DNA of 64,000 bases from Alphaproteobacteria bacterium. Lineage in GTDB: Bacteria; Pseudomonadota; Alphaproteobacteria; UBA9219. The stretch's first letter is position 1. Each line of letters starts with the position of its first letter. The position numbers and the translations under genes are program-made. The notes under the pieces were generated by a model. It was not told the origin of the DNA and ran no database searches. It saw only the letters and a list, made by a program, of their open reading frames with translations. Below are positions 27,279 through 36,612 of the stretch, one piece after another. Where the stretch lies: the NCBI GenBank assembly GCA_033763555.1, contig JANRKK010000045.1, forward strand, positions 2,277 to 66,276, read 5' to 3'.

Positions 27279-28968
27279 ACGGGTGGCATCCCTGCCCGCG
27301 GTTTTCCTTGCTCCCGGCAAAAAACGCCTGAGCGTCTGGGCGTATATCTTCCTTTTTTTCCTGTGTGTAGCATTTTATGCGCCGGGATTTGTCTCTCTGC
27401 CACCAACGGACCGTGACGAGTCATCCTTCGCGCAATCCTCCAAGCAGATGATTGAGAGCAACAATTACGTCGATATAAGGATTCAAGAGAAACCGCGTTA
27501 CAAGAAGCCCATCGGCATTTACTGGCTGCAAGCCTCAAGCGTCAAACTCCTGAACCCGGATCATTTGAAGGAAATCTGGGCCTACCGCGTACCTTCTTTT
27601 CTGGGCGCGGCCACGGCTGTTCTGATGACGGCAGCGCTGGGTACATTTCTTTTTGGCCCTCTGGCGGGAATACTGGGGGCCATGATGATGGCCGGGTGTG
27701 TTGTGCTGAACGTGGAAGCACGCATGGCCAAGACCGACGCTGCCCTGCTCGGCTGCATCATGGTCATGCAATACGGTCTGGCGAAAGCCTACATAAAACG
27801 CAAAGAGAAATTTGCAACTTCCCTTGCCTTCTGGACAGCGCTTGGTCTGGGCGTTCTGATCAAGGGGCCTATCATTCTTCTGGTGTTATTCTCGACTTTG
27901 CTCTGGCTGTGGCTACAGGAAAGAAAATTAAAATGGTTTCTGACGCTCCGTCCCGCTATGGGCCTGCCTTATGCACTGGCACTGATTATTCCATGGTTCA
28001 CACTTATGATTTTGGGAAGCCAGGGACAATTTGTTGATCAATCCATCGGCCATGATTTTATTGCCAAAATATGGAACGGCGAATTCCGCGGCATCATACC
28101 GCCGGGCGTGCATCTACTGGCCCTGCCTGTGGTTTTTGCGCCTTTTGCGCTTTTCGCCTTTTTGGCGTTGCCGGATATATGGCGCCATCGGCACGAACCC
28201 GCCATCCGGTTCTGTTTGGGCTGGATCATACCCGCATGGATTGTCTTTGAATTATCGCTGACCAAACTTCCCCATTATGTCATGCCACTTTATCCCGCGA
28301 TTGCCATGCTCGCAGCAAAATTCCTGAGCGATGGTTTTCCTGCGCTGACAAAAAATATAAAACCTTGGTTTCCAGCCCTTGTCATGGGTTTGTGGCTGAT
28401 GATCTGCACCGGGCTTCTGCTGGCCTTGATCTATATGCCTTATGCCCTCGATCAGGCGTGGAACGCATGGCAGATTGGCGCCAGCGCGTTGTTTTTCCTC
28501 AGCCTGAATGCAGCCCTGTTTTTTTTAATGCAGCGGACACCCAGCCGGAGTGTTATTGCCCTGACAATCGGCAGTCTGATTTTCATGGGCGTTACTTTTG
28601 GCATTACCCTGCCCCGCCTGCAGCATATATGGCTCTCCAAGCAGGTGGCCCATATCGCGGAGCGCACCAAGCCATGCGAGAAACCAGAAATCATCACCGC
28701 AACCTATGATGAGCCGAGCCTGGTTTTTCTGGCCGGAACAGAAACGCAATTTATTGCCAGCGGCGCGCAGGCGGCTTTTGCCGTTTGGCTTAATCCCTGC
28801 CGTATGGCCTTGATCGACGGCAATCATAAGCAGCTGTTTTTGGATGTGTTCGCCAAGGCACGTTACAAACCTATTGAGGTTGGCCATGTTGAAGGACTGA
28901 ACACGGGCCGCGGCCGCAAGGTTTCCCTGACACTTTACACCTTGCCTATGGAAGCGAAACGCCAATGA
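27271..28968 (+). CDS. Glycosyltransferase family 39/83 (ArnT/PMT-like undecaprenyl-phosphate-sugar:lipid A glycosyltransferase)
   Basis: 565 aa with about 12 TM helices and an ArnT-like N-terminus (PPTDRDESSFAQSSKQMIESNNYVDIRIQEKPRYKKPIGIYWLQA). Confidence 0.8.
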   Translation: MPERVASLPAVFLAPGKKRLSVWAYIFLFFLCVAFYAPGFVSLPPTDRDESSFAQSSKQMIESNNYVDIRIQEKPRYKKPIGIYWLQASSVKLLNPDHLKEIWAYRVPSFLGAATAVLMTAALGTFLFGPLAGILGAMMMAGCVVLNVEARMAKTDAALLGCIMVMQYGLAKAYIKRKEKFATSLAFWTALGLGVLIKGPIILLVLFSTLLWLWLQERKLKWFLTLRPAMGLPYALALIIPWFTLMILGSQGQFVDQSIGHDFIAKIWNGEFRGIIPPGVHLLALPVVFAPFALFAFLALPDIWRHRHEPAIRFCLGWIIPAWIVFELSLTKLPHYVMPLYPAIAMLAAKFLSDGFPALTKNIKPWFPALVMGLWLMICTGLLLALIYMPYALDQAWNAWQIGASALFFLSLNAALFFLMQRTPSRSVIALTIGSLIFMGVTFGITLPRLQHIWLSKQVAHIAERTKPCEKPEIITATYDEPSLVFLAGTETQFIASGAQAAFAVWLNPCRMALIDGNHKQLFLDVFAKARYKPIEVGHVEGLNTGRGRKVSLTLYTLPMEAKRQ

Positions 28969-29660
28969 CAAAGAAGCATTACATTCTGAGTGGTATTTTT
29001 CTGTTTTTGGCGCTTGAGATTCTTCTGATCACCTTTGCCGACAAGCCCATTTCGCAGGAACTGCGTATCATTGAAGCGCAGAACCCGGGTTTGATCGGTT
29101 TTTTCCGTAGCTACACCGATCTTGGGAAATCCAAATGGTATCTCTGGCCTTCTGGCATAGCCATTTTGGTATTTTCTGCCCTGCTGCACATGAAGCTCTT
29201 TTCACGTCAGGCACGAATGAAGCTCAAGCGGATAGGTGAAAAGCTTTTATTCTTCTTTCTTTGTATCGCGGCTTCGGGAATTATCACGGATATTCTCAAG
29301 CGGCTTATCGGCCGCGCGCGCCCGGTAAAGCTGGAGCAGGACGGTCTCTATGGGTTTTTTCCCGTTGTTTTTGAATCCCGTTTCCATTCCATGCCGTCCG
29401 GCCATGCCACAACGGCCTTTGCTCTGGCTTTCGCGCTCGCGGTGCTGCTCCCACGCTGGCGCGTTGCATTCTTTGCTCTAGGCGTTTTTCTGGCAGTCAG
29501 CCGCATTATGGTTAATGCGCATTTTCTTTCGGATGTGCTGGCAGGCGGCGTGATCGCCTACCTCACCACCCTGCTGATGCAGCGGCTGGACGCATACCAT
29601 GGGATGTTTCTTGCGCGTGATAGTATTTTTCCCATTGACCGGAAATCCCGCCGTCGTTAA
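28965..29660 (+). CDS. PAP2-family membrane phosphatase (lipid A phosphatase LpxE/LpxF-like or PgpB-like)
   Basis: The PAP2 motifs K...RARP, PSGH and SRIMVNAHFLSD are present. It overlaps GT39 by 4 nt. Confidence 0.8.
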   Translation: MTKKHYILSGIFLFLALEILLITFADKPISQELRIIEAQNPGLIGFFRSYTDLGKSKWYLWPSGIAILVFSALLHMKLFSRQARMKLKRIGEKLLFFFLCIAASGIITDILKRLIGRARPVKLEQDGLYGFFPVVFESRFHSMPSGHATTAFALAFALAVLLPRWRVAFFALGVFLAVSRIMVNAHFLSDVLAGGVIAYLTTLLMQRLDAYHGMFLARDSIFPIDRKSRRR

Positions 29661-29669
29661 ATTTCCTGC

Positions 29670-30158
29670 ATGCAGAAAGCCAAGGCAAACCGTACACCCA
29701 ACTGGGTGCGCAATTTACGCGCCCTGATGGATGAAAAAGGCTACAACCCGCGCAGCCTGTCACTAAAAGCGGGCCTGAGCCCCACGGCGGTACGGGACAT
29801 GCTGGAAGGCCGCTCACGTTTCCCCCGGTATGATACGGCGAAAGCCCTGGCGGATGCGCTGGACACAACACCAGCCTTTCTGATGGGTGATGAAAAGATG
29901 GCCCATGAAATGAATGCCGCAGGCCAGGGCCTGGTTGAAGACATGGAGCTGCTGACTGAAATTATTGCGCGGCTTCGTGAGGTAACAGAGGAATTGAACC
30001 GCAAATTATCGCCGCGCGATTTCGCGGCCATGACGACAACGATCTATAAGCGCATCCAGGCTAGCGACGAACGTAAAGGCAAAATCGGCTCGATACGGCC
30101 GCAAATTCACGATTTACTTGATTATGAGATGTTACGGCAAAGAAGTGCAAAGCGCTGA
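29670..30158 (+). CDS. XRE-family helix-turn-helix transcriptional regulator with a C-terminal helical domain
   Basis: An N-terminal HTH_XRE-like segment (WVRNLRALMDEKGYNPRSLSLKAGLSPTAVRDMLEGRSRFPRYDTAKALADALDTTPAFL) sits in a 162 aa protein. Confidence 0.6.
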   Translation: MQKAKANRTPNWVRNLRALMDEKGYNPRSLSLKAGLSPTAVRDMLEGRSRFPRYDTAKALADALDTTPAFLMGDEKMAHEMNAAGQGLVEDMELLTEIIARLREVTEELNRKLSPRDFAAMTTTIYKRIQASDERKGKIGSIRPQIHDLLDYEMLRQRSAKR

Positions 30159-30204
30159 TTAAGCATAAATATATTTGAAGTCATTAAACATAAGGTGGTG
30201 GGTT

Positions 30205-30573
30205 ATGCATGACCAAGGCGATAAAATCGTAACGCTGGCGCGTGAGATGTTGCGCTCCGAGCCTTTTATGGAACCGGAATCCTCGCTTTCCCGGATTTCG
30301 CTGTCTTTCAAGGTTTTATGCTTTGCTACCATGCTGGCAGCCTTTGGCAGCAGTGGCGTCACCCTTCTGGCCAGCGAAGCCTGGCGGCCCCTCAACCGCT
30401 ATGAACGCACCGAACTGCAGGCTCTGTTTTATTATGCCGCCCTCAAAAAAGGGATACATGAAAAAACCTTGCGCAGCGATGTGAGAGACAAGTTTGGCTT
30501 CCATGATCTGGACGATATGACACCTTACGATTACAGCATCACACGCCGTTATCTTCAGGATATCGCGCGCTGA
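30205..30573 (+). CDS. Hypothetical protein (123 aa) with one hydrophobic segment
   Basis: The ORF track gives 30175..30573; the start was chosen at MHDQGDK. No recognisable domain. Confidence 0.45.
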   Translation: MHDQGDKIVTLAREMLRSEPFMEPESSLSRISLSFKVLCFATMLAAFGSSGVTLLASEAWRPLNRYERTELQALFYYAALKKGIHEKTLRSDVRDKFGFHDLDDMTPYDYSITRRYLQDIAR

Positions 30574-30849
30574 ATATTCCTGTATGTAAAATTACAGAAT
30601 GATCTTGATATGGGATAAATCCCATTGTAAGGAGGCAAAAGGCTTGTTTGTGTGAGTGCTAATGCCTCCGATTGCCTTGCATCGCTCCAGATTTTGTTCG
30701 ATCACGCTGAGCCGCCGCCAGCGGCCCGTCAGCTTTGATGATTTGGCGACGATCTTGGAGCTCGATCTCTTGATGGGAGATAAAAAAGGCTTTCATCGGC
30801 ATCTTGCAATCGCACTGGAAGATGCCTGGCGGCAGGGCAATAATTACCG

Positions 30850-31617
30850 TTAGATACTTTTTTTGGGAAGCCGTATTGACGGCTTAACAGAAGGCCTCAT
30901 AGGAGTTGGCTTACTTTGACGGCCTCCGTATTTTTCTTTCAGTTTTGCAAGTGATGAACCGCCCGGCAATGTACGAACGCCATTGTGAAGCGCTACATTT
31001 AATGCATTCCAGTTTCCTTCAACAGTAATCCATTTTCCTTTCTCGTTTTTATCCCAAATGACATTATCAGCAGGCTTTGGCCATCTTTTTTCCTTTTTAT
31101 GGAATAGCTCCATCCACCTCCAAATAAGGGCTTCATTGAGATTAGGACGAAATCCTCGATCGCGCATAAATTTGGACAAGGAAGAACCTCCGGGAAGGCC
31201 CCGAAAACCTCGCCTCAAATCAAGACTAATTGAAGCCCAGCTGCCTGGCACTTGAATCCACTGTCCCTTTGTATTTTTATCCCATACCACTTTGTCGGTG
31301 ATTCCGGGTAATCGGTCCTCTTTTTCTCGAAATAATTTTATCCTGCGCTCAACAATTTCTTCTGAAAGAAGGTCACATAACCCATATTCAGATTTTATCT
31401 GATTTAAAGATGAACCACCAAGAAGTCCACCGCGCCCTGTAACAAGAGCCTGATCTATAGAACTCCATGTCCCCGGAATTTGATGCCAAACACCTGCTGA
31501 ATTTTTATCCCAGATAATTTTATCCCGCGCGGAGGGCCATTTACCTTCCATCTCATGGAACAATTGAATCCACTGGACGATTTGCTTCTCTGTTAAAGGC
31601 CGAGCGGGATATGACAT
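30850..31617 (-). CDS. Hypothetical protein made of three tandem ~85-aa repeats (LFxE..W..DKN..G.W...PG.W....AL..G.RGLPGGSSL)
   Basis: 255 aa. The three repeats align by eye with conserved W/G positions and the motifs WDKN and LPGGSSL. GC is ~45%, well below the neighbours. Confidence 0.6.
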   Translation of the reverse strand: MSYPARPLTEKQIVQWIQLFHEMEGKWPSARDKIIWDKNSAGVWHQIPGTWSSIDQALVTGRGGLLGGSSLNQIKSEYGLCDLLSEEIVERRIKLFREKEDRLPGITDKVVWDKNTKGQWIQVPGSWASISLDLRRGFRGLPGGSSLSKFMRDRGFRPNLNEALIWRWMELFHKKEKRWPKPADNVIWDKNEKGKWITVEGNWNALNVALHNGVRTLPGGSSLAKLKEKYGGRQSKPTPMRPSVKPSIRLPKKSI

Positions 31618-31733
31618 AGCCGTCTTTCAAATATGATTTTCAAATACGCGGGTATTCTAAACCCAACTGCTGAAAGTAATAAATTTAACCAATAGATGTT
31701 TTTGCTTAATTCAAAAGAGGTTAGAAAGCGATC

Positions 31734-32579
31734 TTAAGGTTTAGCCAATTCCCGGACAGGCACAAAGCGGAATCCCCGGGCTTCAGCATCCGGCAGCCAG
31801 GATTCCAGAGCCTCCAAAGTTGTCGGGTGAGGATGGCCGATAACCACGGCATGGCCCTTACGGCGCGCGATATGCTCGGCCTGCTCTATCTGTTTGCGAA
31901 TGGCCGGAAGCGTTCCGTCATCATCCAGAAAAACATCCCTGCCGATGGTGGCCAGCCCATATTGCCGCGCCGTCTGTTCGCCAACGGATTGGGTGCTGGT
32001 ACGGGAGTCGAGAAAAAATAGACTGCGTTGCTGCAACTCCTTCATGACCAGATCCATACCTGCTGCATCGGCCGTAAATTTGCTGCCCATATGGTTGTTG
32101 ACTCCATCAAAGCCTGTAAAGCTGGCCAGCCCCACTTCTAACCGTCGTTGCAATTCGTCCTGCGGCAGTCCGGTCAGCAAAGCTCCGGGGCCCGGATCGG
32201 CACGCCCCATGGGCTCCATAGGCATATGCAGAAGCAATTCATGGCCATGATTGCGGGCATCCCTCGCCTGCTCTTTCAGTCGCGTTGCGTAAGGCAGAAA
32301 GGCCAGCGTCACTTGTGGCGGCAGATTAATCGCCCGCCTGGTATCGCGAATATCCAGACCGAGATCGTCGATAACCACGGCAATCAACATCTGGCCGGGC
32401 CGCTCGATTTCAGGCTCTTTTGGCAAAGGCTCTTCAGCAAGTGGTGGCAGTTCGACCTTGACGCGTGCCGATGGAACAACACGGACAGGCAGCGGCGGTG
32501 CGAAAGCCACCCATAATCCTGCGGTAGCCACGCAAAGCCAGAAAACCAGTTGAAGTTTGCGGCGGCGCGCCTTTTTCAA
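31734..32579 (-). CDS. Divergent polysaccharide deacetylase family protein (YibQ-like)
   Basis: N-terminal TM, then AVVIDDLGLD...VTLAFLPYATRLKEQARDARNHGHELLLHMPMEP, typical of PF04748. Confidence 0.7.
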   Translation of the reverse strand: MKKARRRKLQLVFWLCVATAGLWVAFAPPLPVRVVPSARVKVELPPLAEEPLPKEPEIERPGQMLIAVVIDDLGLDIRDTRRAINLPPQVTLAFLPYATRLKEQARDARNHGHELLLHMPMEPMGRADPGPGALLTGLPQDELQRRLEVGLASFTGFDGVNNHMGSKFTADAAGMDLVMKELQQRSLFFLDSRTSTQSVGEQTARQYGLATIGRDVFLDDDGTLPAIRKQIEQAEHIARRKGHAVVIGHPHPTTLEALESWLPDAEARGFRFVPVRELAKP

Positions 32580-32585
32580 AGGCGC

Positions 32586-32915
32586 CTAACCGTAGGTCTT
32601 TACGGACGGATCGATGCGTTCCGACCAGGCGTGAATGCCACCTTTTAAATTAAAGACTTTGGTGAAGCCTTGCTGCTGCAAAAACGCCGTTGCCCGCGCG
32701 CTGCGGCCGCCATGATGGCAATGCACGACGATTGTCTGGTTTTTCGGCAATTCGGCAAAGCGAGTTTGCAGCTCGCTCATCGGCATCAACTGATTACCCG
32801 GCAGGCTGCAGATGTCATTTTCGCGCTTCTCACGCACATCCAGAACCAGAGGCGGCGTCGCGGATTGCAGCATATCGCGCAACTGCTCGACCTCAACGGA
32901 AGGAATATTCACCAT
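32586..32915 (-). CDS. Rhodanese-domain sulfurtransferase (single domain)
   Basis: 109 aa with the active-site loop VVHCHHGGRSARA. Confidence 0.75.
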   Translation of the reverse strand: MVNIPSVEVEQLRDMLQSATPPLVLDVREKRENDICSLPGNQLMPMSELQTRFAELPKNQTIVVHCHHGGRSARATAFLQQQGFTKVFNLKGGIHAWSERIDPSVKTYG

Positions 32916-32926
32916 GGGCCATCCCG

Positions 32927-33634
32927 TTAAAATTTAAACTGTGCCGGAGATGAAAATCCCGGCAGAGGTTTGATATTCGCATCGAACAAGGGGCGGTACG
33001 ACAAAGCGCCATGAATTTTCTCATAAAGCCGTGCCTCGCCTGTGTGCGCTGCCTGCGCGGGGCCATAATGGCGCATAACGACCATAAGCCTGCCACCTTC
33101 GGCAAGCTGTGCGGCCAGCGCATCCGGCAAGCGGTCAATACTGCCATTGATCAGGATGATATCGTAAGGCCCGTTGTGCGACCAGCCTTCCTGCAAAGGG
33201 CCGAGCTGCGCCTCCACATTGGTGATTTTTAGGGTTTCCAGGTTGAAAACGGCTTTTTGCATCAGCACCGGGTCGCATTCGACCGCGACCACCTCCTGCG
33301 CCAGCGCCGCCAGCGCCGCCGAGGAATAACCTGTAGTTGGGCCAATATCGAGAACACGATGTCCGGGTTTAATCGCTGCCTCTTGCAACAGGCGCGCAAG
33401 AACCATCGGTTCCATTAAATAACGGTTAGGTGCGATTTGCAGATCTTCGTCACTATAGGCAATGCCTGCCATGGGCGATGGCACGAAAATCTCGCGCGGC
33501 AGGCGACCCAGGGCTTCCAAGATACGTTCATCCGTGACTTTGTTGGGGCGTATCTGGCCTTCGACCATATGAAAGCGGGCTGCCGTGAAATCACGGAAGT
33601 TCTGATTTTCAGCGGGGCGTGTGGAAGCGCTCAT
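32927..33634 (-). CDS. pcm: Protein-L-isoaspartate O-methyltransferase
   Basis: SAM-binding motif GHRVLDIGPTTGYSSAALAALAQEVVAVE and PCMT-like overall length. Confidence 0.8.
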   Translation of the reverse strand: MSASTRPAENQNFRDFTAARFHMVEGQIRPNKVTDERILEALGRLPREIFVPSPMAGIAYSDEDLQIAPNRYLMEPMVLARLLQEAAIKPGHRVLDIGPTTGYSSAALAALAQEVVAVECDPVLMQKAVFNLETLKITNVEAQLGPLQEGWSHNGPYDIILINGSIDRLPDALAAQLAEGGRLMVVMRHYGPAQAAHTGEARLYEKIHGALSYRPLFDANIKPLPGFSSPAQFKF

Positions 33635-33721
33635 ATGCTGATTGATAGACGTTAACCTTACTCATGGCAACATGAGCCATTATATCAACGTCATTCCGGA
33701 AAATTTTCTGAACGAAGTGAA

Positions 33722-33770
33722 GAAAATTTATCCGGAATCCATGGCTGTGCCGATGGGCCATGGATTCCGG
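33722..33770 (-). terminator. Rho-independent terminator downstream of rpsI (perfect 14-bp-arm hairpin CCGGAATCCATGGC...GCCATGGATTCCGG followed by a T-run on the minus strand)
   Basis: Read directly from the sequence. A second weaker hairpin lies immediately downstream (33696-33735). Confidence 0.6.
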
Positions 33771-33816
33771 GTTCGCGCTACGCGCGCCCCGGAATGACGA
33801 AACAACGTTTTGGGTA

Positions 33817-34356
33817 TTAACGCTTGCTGTACTGGAAGCGACGGCGGGCCTTGGCGCGGCCGTACTTCTTGCGCTCGACAACGCGCGGATCACGGCGCAG
33901 GAATTTGGCAACCTTAAGCGGTGCGCGCAGTTCCGGCTCGAAATAGGTCAGAGCCTTGGAGATACCATGCTTCACGGCACCCGCCTGCCCCGACAATCCA
34001 CCACCGACAACCAGGCATTCCACATCGAACTGATTGGCGCGGTTGGCGACATCGAACGGCTGGTTGACAACCATCTGCAGAACCGGACGGGCGAAGTAGA
34101 TCTTCAGCTCACGGCCATTAACGAAGATTTTGCCGCTGCCCGGCTTGATCCAAACACGAGCGATGGCGTTCTTACGCTTGCCTGTGGCATAGGCGCGGCC
34201 ATGCTTGTCCAGCTTGCGCTCATGCTTGCCGGGTTCAGCCGAAGCCGCCGCGGTAGCAACAACCTGTTCTTTGGCTTCTTCTTTCGCCTTTTCTTTAACG
34301 GTCGCCTTGATGTCGGTCAGCTTGGCAGCTCTGGGTTTGCGCGGAGGTGTTGGCAT
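33817..34356 (-). CDS. rpsI: 30S ribosomal protein S9 (with a Lys/Ala/Glu-rich N-terminal extension)
   Basis: ...[31 protein letters not shown]...[19 protein letters not shown]...[15 protein letters not shown]. The start ATG overlaps the rplM stop (TAATG). Confidence 0.92.
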   Translation of the reverse strand: MPTPPRKPRAAKLTDIKATVKEKAKEEAKEQVVATAAASAEPGKHERKLDKHGRAYATGKRKNAIARVWIKPGSGKIFVNGRELKIYFARPVLQMVVNQPFDVANRANQFDVECLVVGGGLSGQAGAVKHGISKALTYFEPELRAPLKVAKFLRRDPRVVERKKYGRAKARRRFQYSKR

Positions 34357-34856
34357 TAGGAAGCCCTCTTGTTCTTGGGATTACGGGCGGCGAAATCAAT
34401 CGTCTTCGGGTTCTGCGCGGCGTGCGGATGTTCCTTGCCCGCATAGACCTTGAGGAAGGTCATCTGACGGCGGCCCAGCGGCCCGCGCGGCATCATACGT
34501 TCAACAGCCTTGGTAATAACCCGTTCCGGATGCGCGCCCGCCAAAATCTTGGCGCGGGTGCGGCTCTTAATCCCGCCGGGATAGCCTGTGTGATAGAAAA
34601 ATTCCTTTTCCTCAGCCTTCTTGCCCGTCATGCGAATTTTTTCGGCATTGATGACAATGACATTGTCACCGCAATCAACCGACGGTGTGAAGGTCGCGCG
34701 ATGCTTGCCGCGCAGAATGGTGGCAATCCCTGCCGCCAGACGGCCGAGAATGACGCCATCGGCATCGATCAGAACCCAGTTCTTTTTGACGTCCTGATGA
34801 CGCAGCTCAAAGCTCTTCGTCTGGACACTTGGTTTAACGCGAATTTTTCCGGCCAT
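34356..34856 (-). CDS. rplM: 50S ribosomal protein L13
   Basis: The start was moved to the internal Met preceded by the RBS AGGGAGA ([42 protein letters not shown]...). The ORF-track start at 34931 is too far upstream. Confidence 0.92.
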   Translation of the reverse strand: MAGKIRVKPSVQTKSFELRHQDVKKNWVLIDADGVILGRLAAGIATILRGKHRATFTPSVDCGDNVIVINAEKIRMTGKKAEEKEFFYHTGYPGGIKSRTRAKILAGAHPERVITKAVERMMPRGPLGRRQMTFLKVYAGKEHPHAAQNPKTIDFAARNPKNKRAS

Positions 34857-35066
34857 GTTGATCTCCCTAAACCCGCCTGTGGCGGAGCCGGGTTGATACA
34901 AATTGAGGGAGTCGATGTCAATAAAAATCAAGCAGGACAGCGATAAAATATATGGGGTATTATGATACCCTATATTTAACTATAAGTCTCATCTAATTGA
35001 CAGCCTTATATGTACAGGCATAGCATTCATGAGATTTCATCACACCAAATAAAGAGGGCTTCAATT

Positions 35067-35660
35067 ATGGAATTTACGCAAAATCCAACCCCCACTGATA
35101 TGGCTGCGTTTGTAAAAGAAGCCGTAGACGCAAAAACGAACACTGACTCTCCAGAACGGCAAGCACAATTGGCGGCTAAAGCCCAAGAGCATGCTGCGCT
35201 AGAAGCAAAAAAAGAACCATTTCGAGTTGCCGCGCGGGAAGTTGCCGAAACCATTCTTGGCGGTCTTCAAGCCCTCCCCCTCAATAACCGTGTGATAGAA
35301 GAAAAAAGAATTGTGCTAAATTTTCATATTGTTCCAAATCTCTTTGCGGTGACTTTGGGATCAAGCGACGCAGCTCTTCAAAAGCCTAAAGAAACTGGGA
35401 ATCTGGTAAGCTTCCTAATTCCCGGATGGGAAGGTCGTGTAACTGGCGATCACAGCTGGAACACCCGGTATATGGGATTTAAGTTTGACTGCGTGTATGA
35501 CGACGACAGAAATTTACAACATATTACCGTTAGACGGCATGAAGGATTTGAATCGGCTTTTGGCGACAGCTTAGGTAAATTTTCGTATTCTCCCGAAAGA
35601 CCTGCCGAGATGTACAGAGAACTTGCTGGGCTGTTTACGCGCTACGAATGGAACCGCTAA
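35067..35660 (+). CDS. Hypothetical protein, low-GC orphan
   Basis: 197 aa starting at MEFTQNPTPTD after the RBS AAAGAGGG. GC is ~46%. No recognisable domain. It is flanked by the rplM promoter region and a convergent GT2 gene. Confidence 0.5.
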   Translation: MEFTQNPTPTDMAAFVKEAVDAKTNTDSPERQAQLAAKAQEHAALEAKKEPFRVAAREVAETILGGLQALPLNNRVIEEKRIVLNFHIVPNLFAVTLGSSDAALQKPKETGNLVSFLIPGWEGRVTGDHSWNTRYMGFKFDCVYDDDRNLQHITVRRHEGFESAFGDSLGKFSYSPERPAEMYRELAGLFTRYEWNR

Positions 35661-35669
35661 GCTCAACAA

Positions 35670-36518
35670 TCAGCCTGCGATAATTTTTAGATAAGTCCGC
35701 ACCCAAATGGCCAGATCGAGCAGCCATAGAAATGGCTTTGGATATTCCTTGCCGAAATTCTTGTGGAAATAGCGGATAAAGCCGCGCGCCTTGTGTTTTT
35801 CAACGAAGGCTCTTGTTGCCCTGCTCGTGCTGCCAATATGCGTCACGACCACATCCGGGGCAAAATAAATCTCGCCTCCGGCACAGCGGAGACGCAGACA
35901 TAAGTCCAAATCCTCAACATGGAGGAAATAACCTTCATCGAATCCTGTGATTTTCCAAAAATCCTCGCGTGTCAGGAACATGAACGCGCCGCTGATGGCG
36001 GGTATGGGCGTTAAAGCGGATGGAATAGGTTCTTCATTAAAATTCAGCCGCGCCTTCGGGAAGAAATGATGGAGGCACAGCGCCTCGATAAAAGCCGTCA
36101 TGGGCGTCAACAAAGCGCGGCGGCAACCGCGTTGATCGCTGCCATCCTCATCCAGCAGCCGCGCACCGATCATAAAAGGCCGTTTTAAGCCTGCCGCATG
36201 GGCTTGAAGACGGGTCAAAGCATCCGGTAGCAACAGGCTGTCAGGATTAAGAAAAAGAAGGTGGGTGCCCCCGGCTGCCTTTGCGCCGAGATTACACCCC
36301 CGGCTGAAGCCAACATTGCCATGGCCTGTGACAAAGCGCAGGCGGCTTTCCTGCTCCGCCATGGCTTGCAGCTGAGCAGTAATTTCAGGGGGATTGCCGT
36401 TATCGACGAGGCAGAGCTCCACAGGCTCTGTCTGGGCCAACACACTGGCAATGGCCTGAAACAGCACAGGACCCGTGTAATAGCTGACCATGACGACGGA
36501 GGTTATGGGGGGCGGCAT
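35670..36518 (-). CDS. Glycosyltransferase family 2 (rhamnosyltransferase-like)
   Basis: N-terminus SVVMVSYYTGPVLFQAIASVLAQTEPVELCLVDNGNPPE with GT-A features. It is divergent from rfbCBDA. Confidence 0.75.
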   Translation of the reverse strand: MPPPITSVVMVSYYTGPVLFQAIASVLAQTEPVELCLVDNGNPPEITAQLQAMAEQESRLRFVTGHGNVGFSRGCNLGAKAAGGTHLLFLNPDSLLLPDALTRLQAHAAGLKRPFMIGARLLDEDGSDQRGCRRALLTPMTAFIEALCLHHFFPKARLNFNEEPIPSALTPIPAISGAFMFLTREDFWKITGFDEGYFLHVEDLDLCLRLRCAGGEIYFAPDVVVTHIGSTSRATRAFVEKHKARGFIRYFHKNFGKEYPKPFLWLLDLAIWVRTYLKIIAG

Positions 36519-36530
36519 TGGGATGTTAAT

Positions 36531-36612
36531 CGCTAGTTGCTAGTTGCTAGCATATACAAAACCCGGCAAATTGCTAATCCCCAGCAACTAGCAACTGACA
36601 GCTAGCAACTTA
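36531..36612. promoter_or_regulatory. Composite repeat/palindrome in the divergent GT2-rfbC promoter: direct TTGCTAG repeats (GCTAGTTGCTAGTTGCTAGC) facing an inverted copy (AGCAACTAGCAACTGACAGCTAGCAACT)
   Basis: Read directly from the sequence. It occupies almost the whole 93-nt intergenic space and ends at the rfbC ATG. Confidence 0.5.

Noticed and set aside
28525-28971. 148-aa minus-strand ORF inside the GT39 gene
   Set aside because: Antisense shadow ORF.
30656-30853. 65-aa ORF between the hypothetical gene and the repeat-protein gene
   Set aside because: It is short, has no RBS and no motif. It is kept only as a note within the islet finding, not as a feature.
36531-36612. Possibility that the TTGCTAG repeat block is a tiny CRISPR-like or MITE element
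   Set aside because: It has only three 7-nt units plus an inverted copy, no spacers and no terminal inverted repeats with target duplication. It is better explained as an operator or RNA structure.
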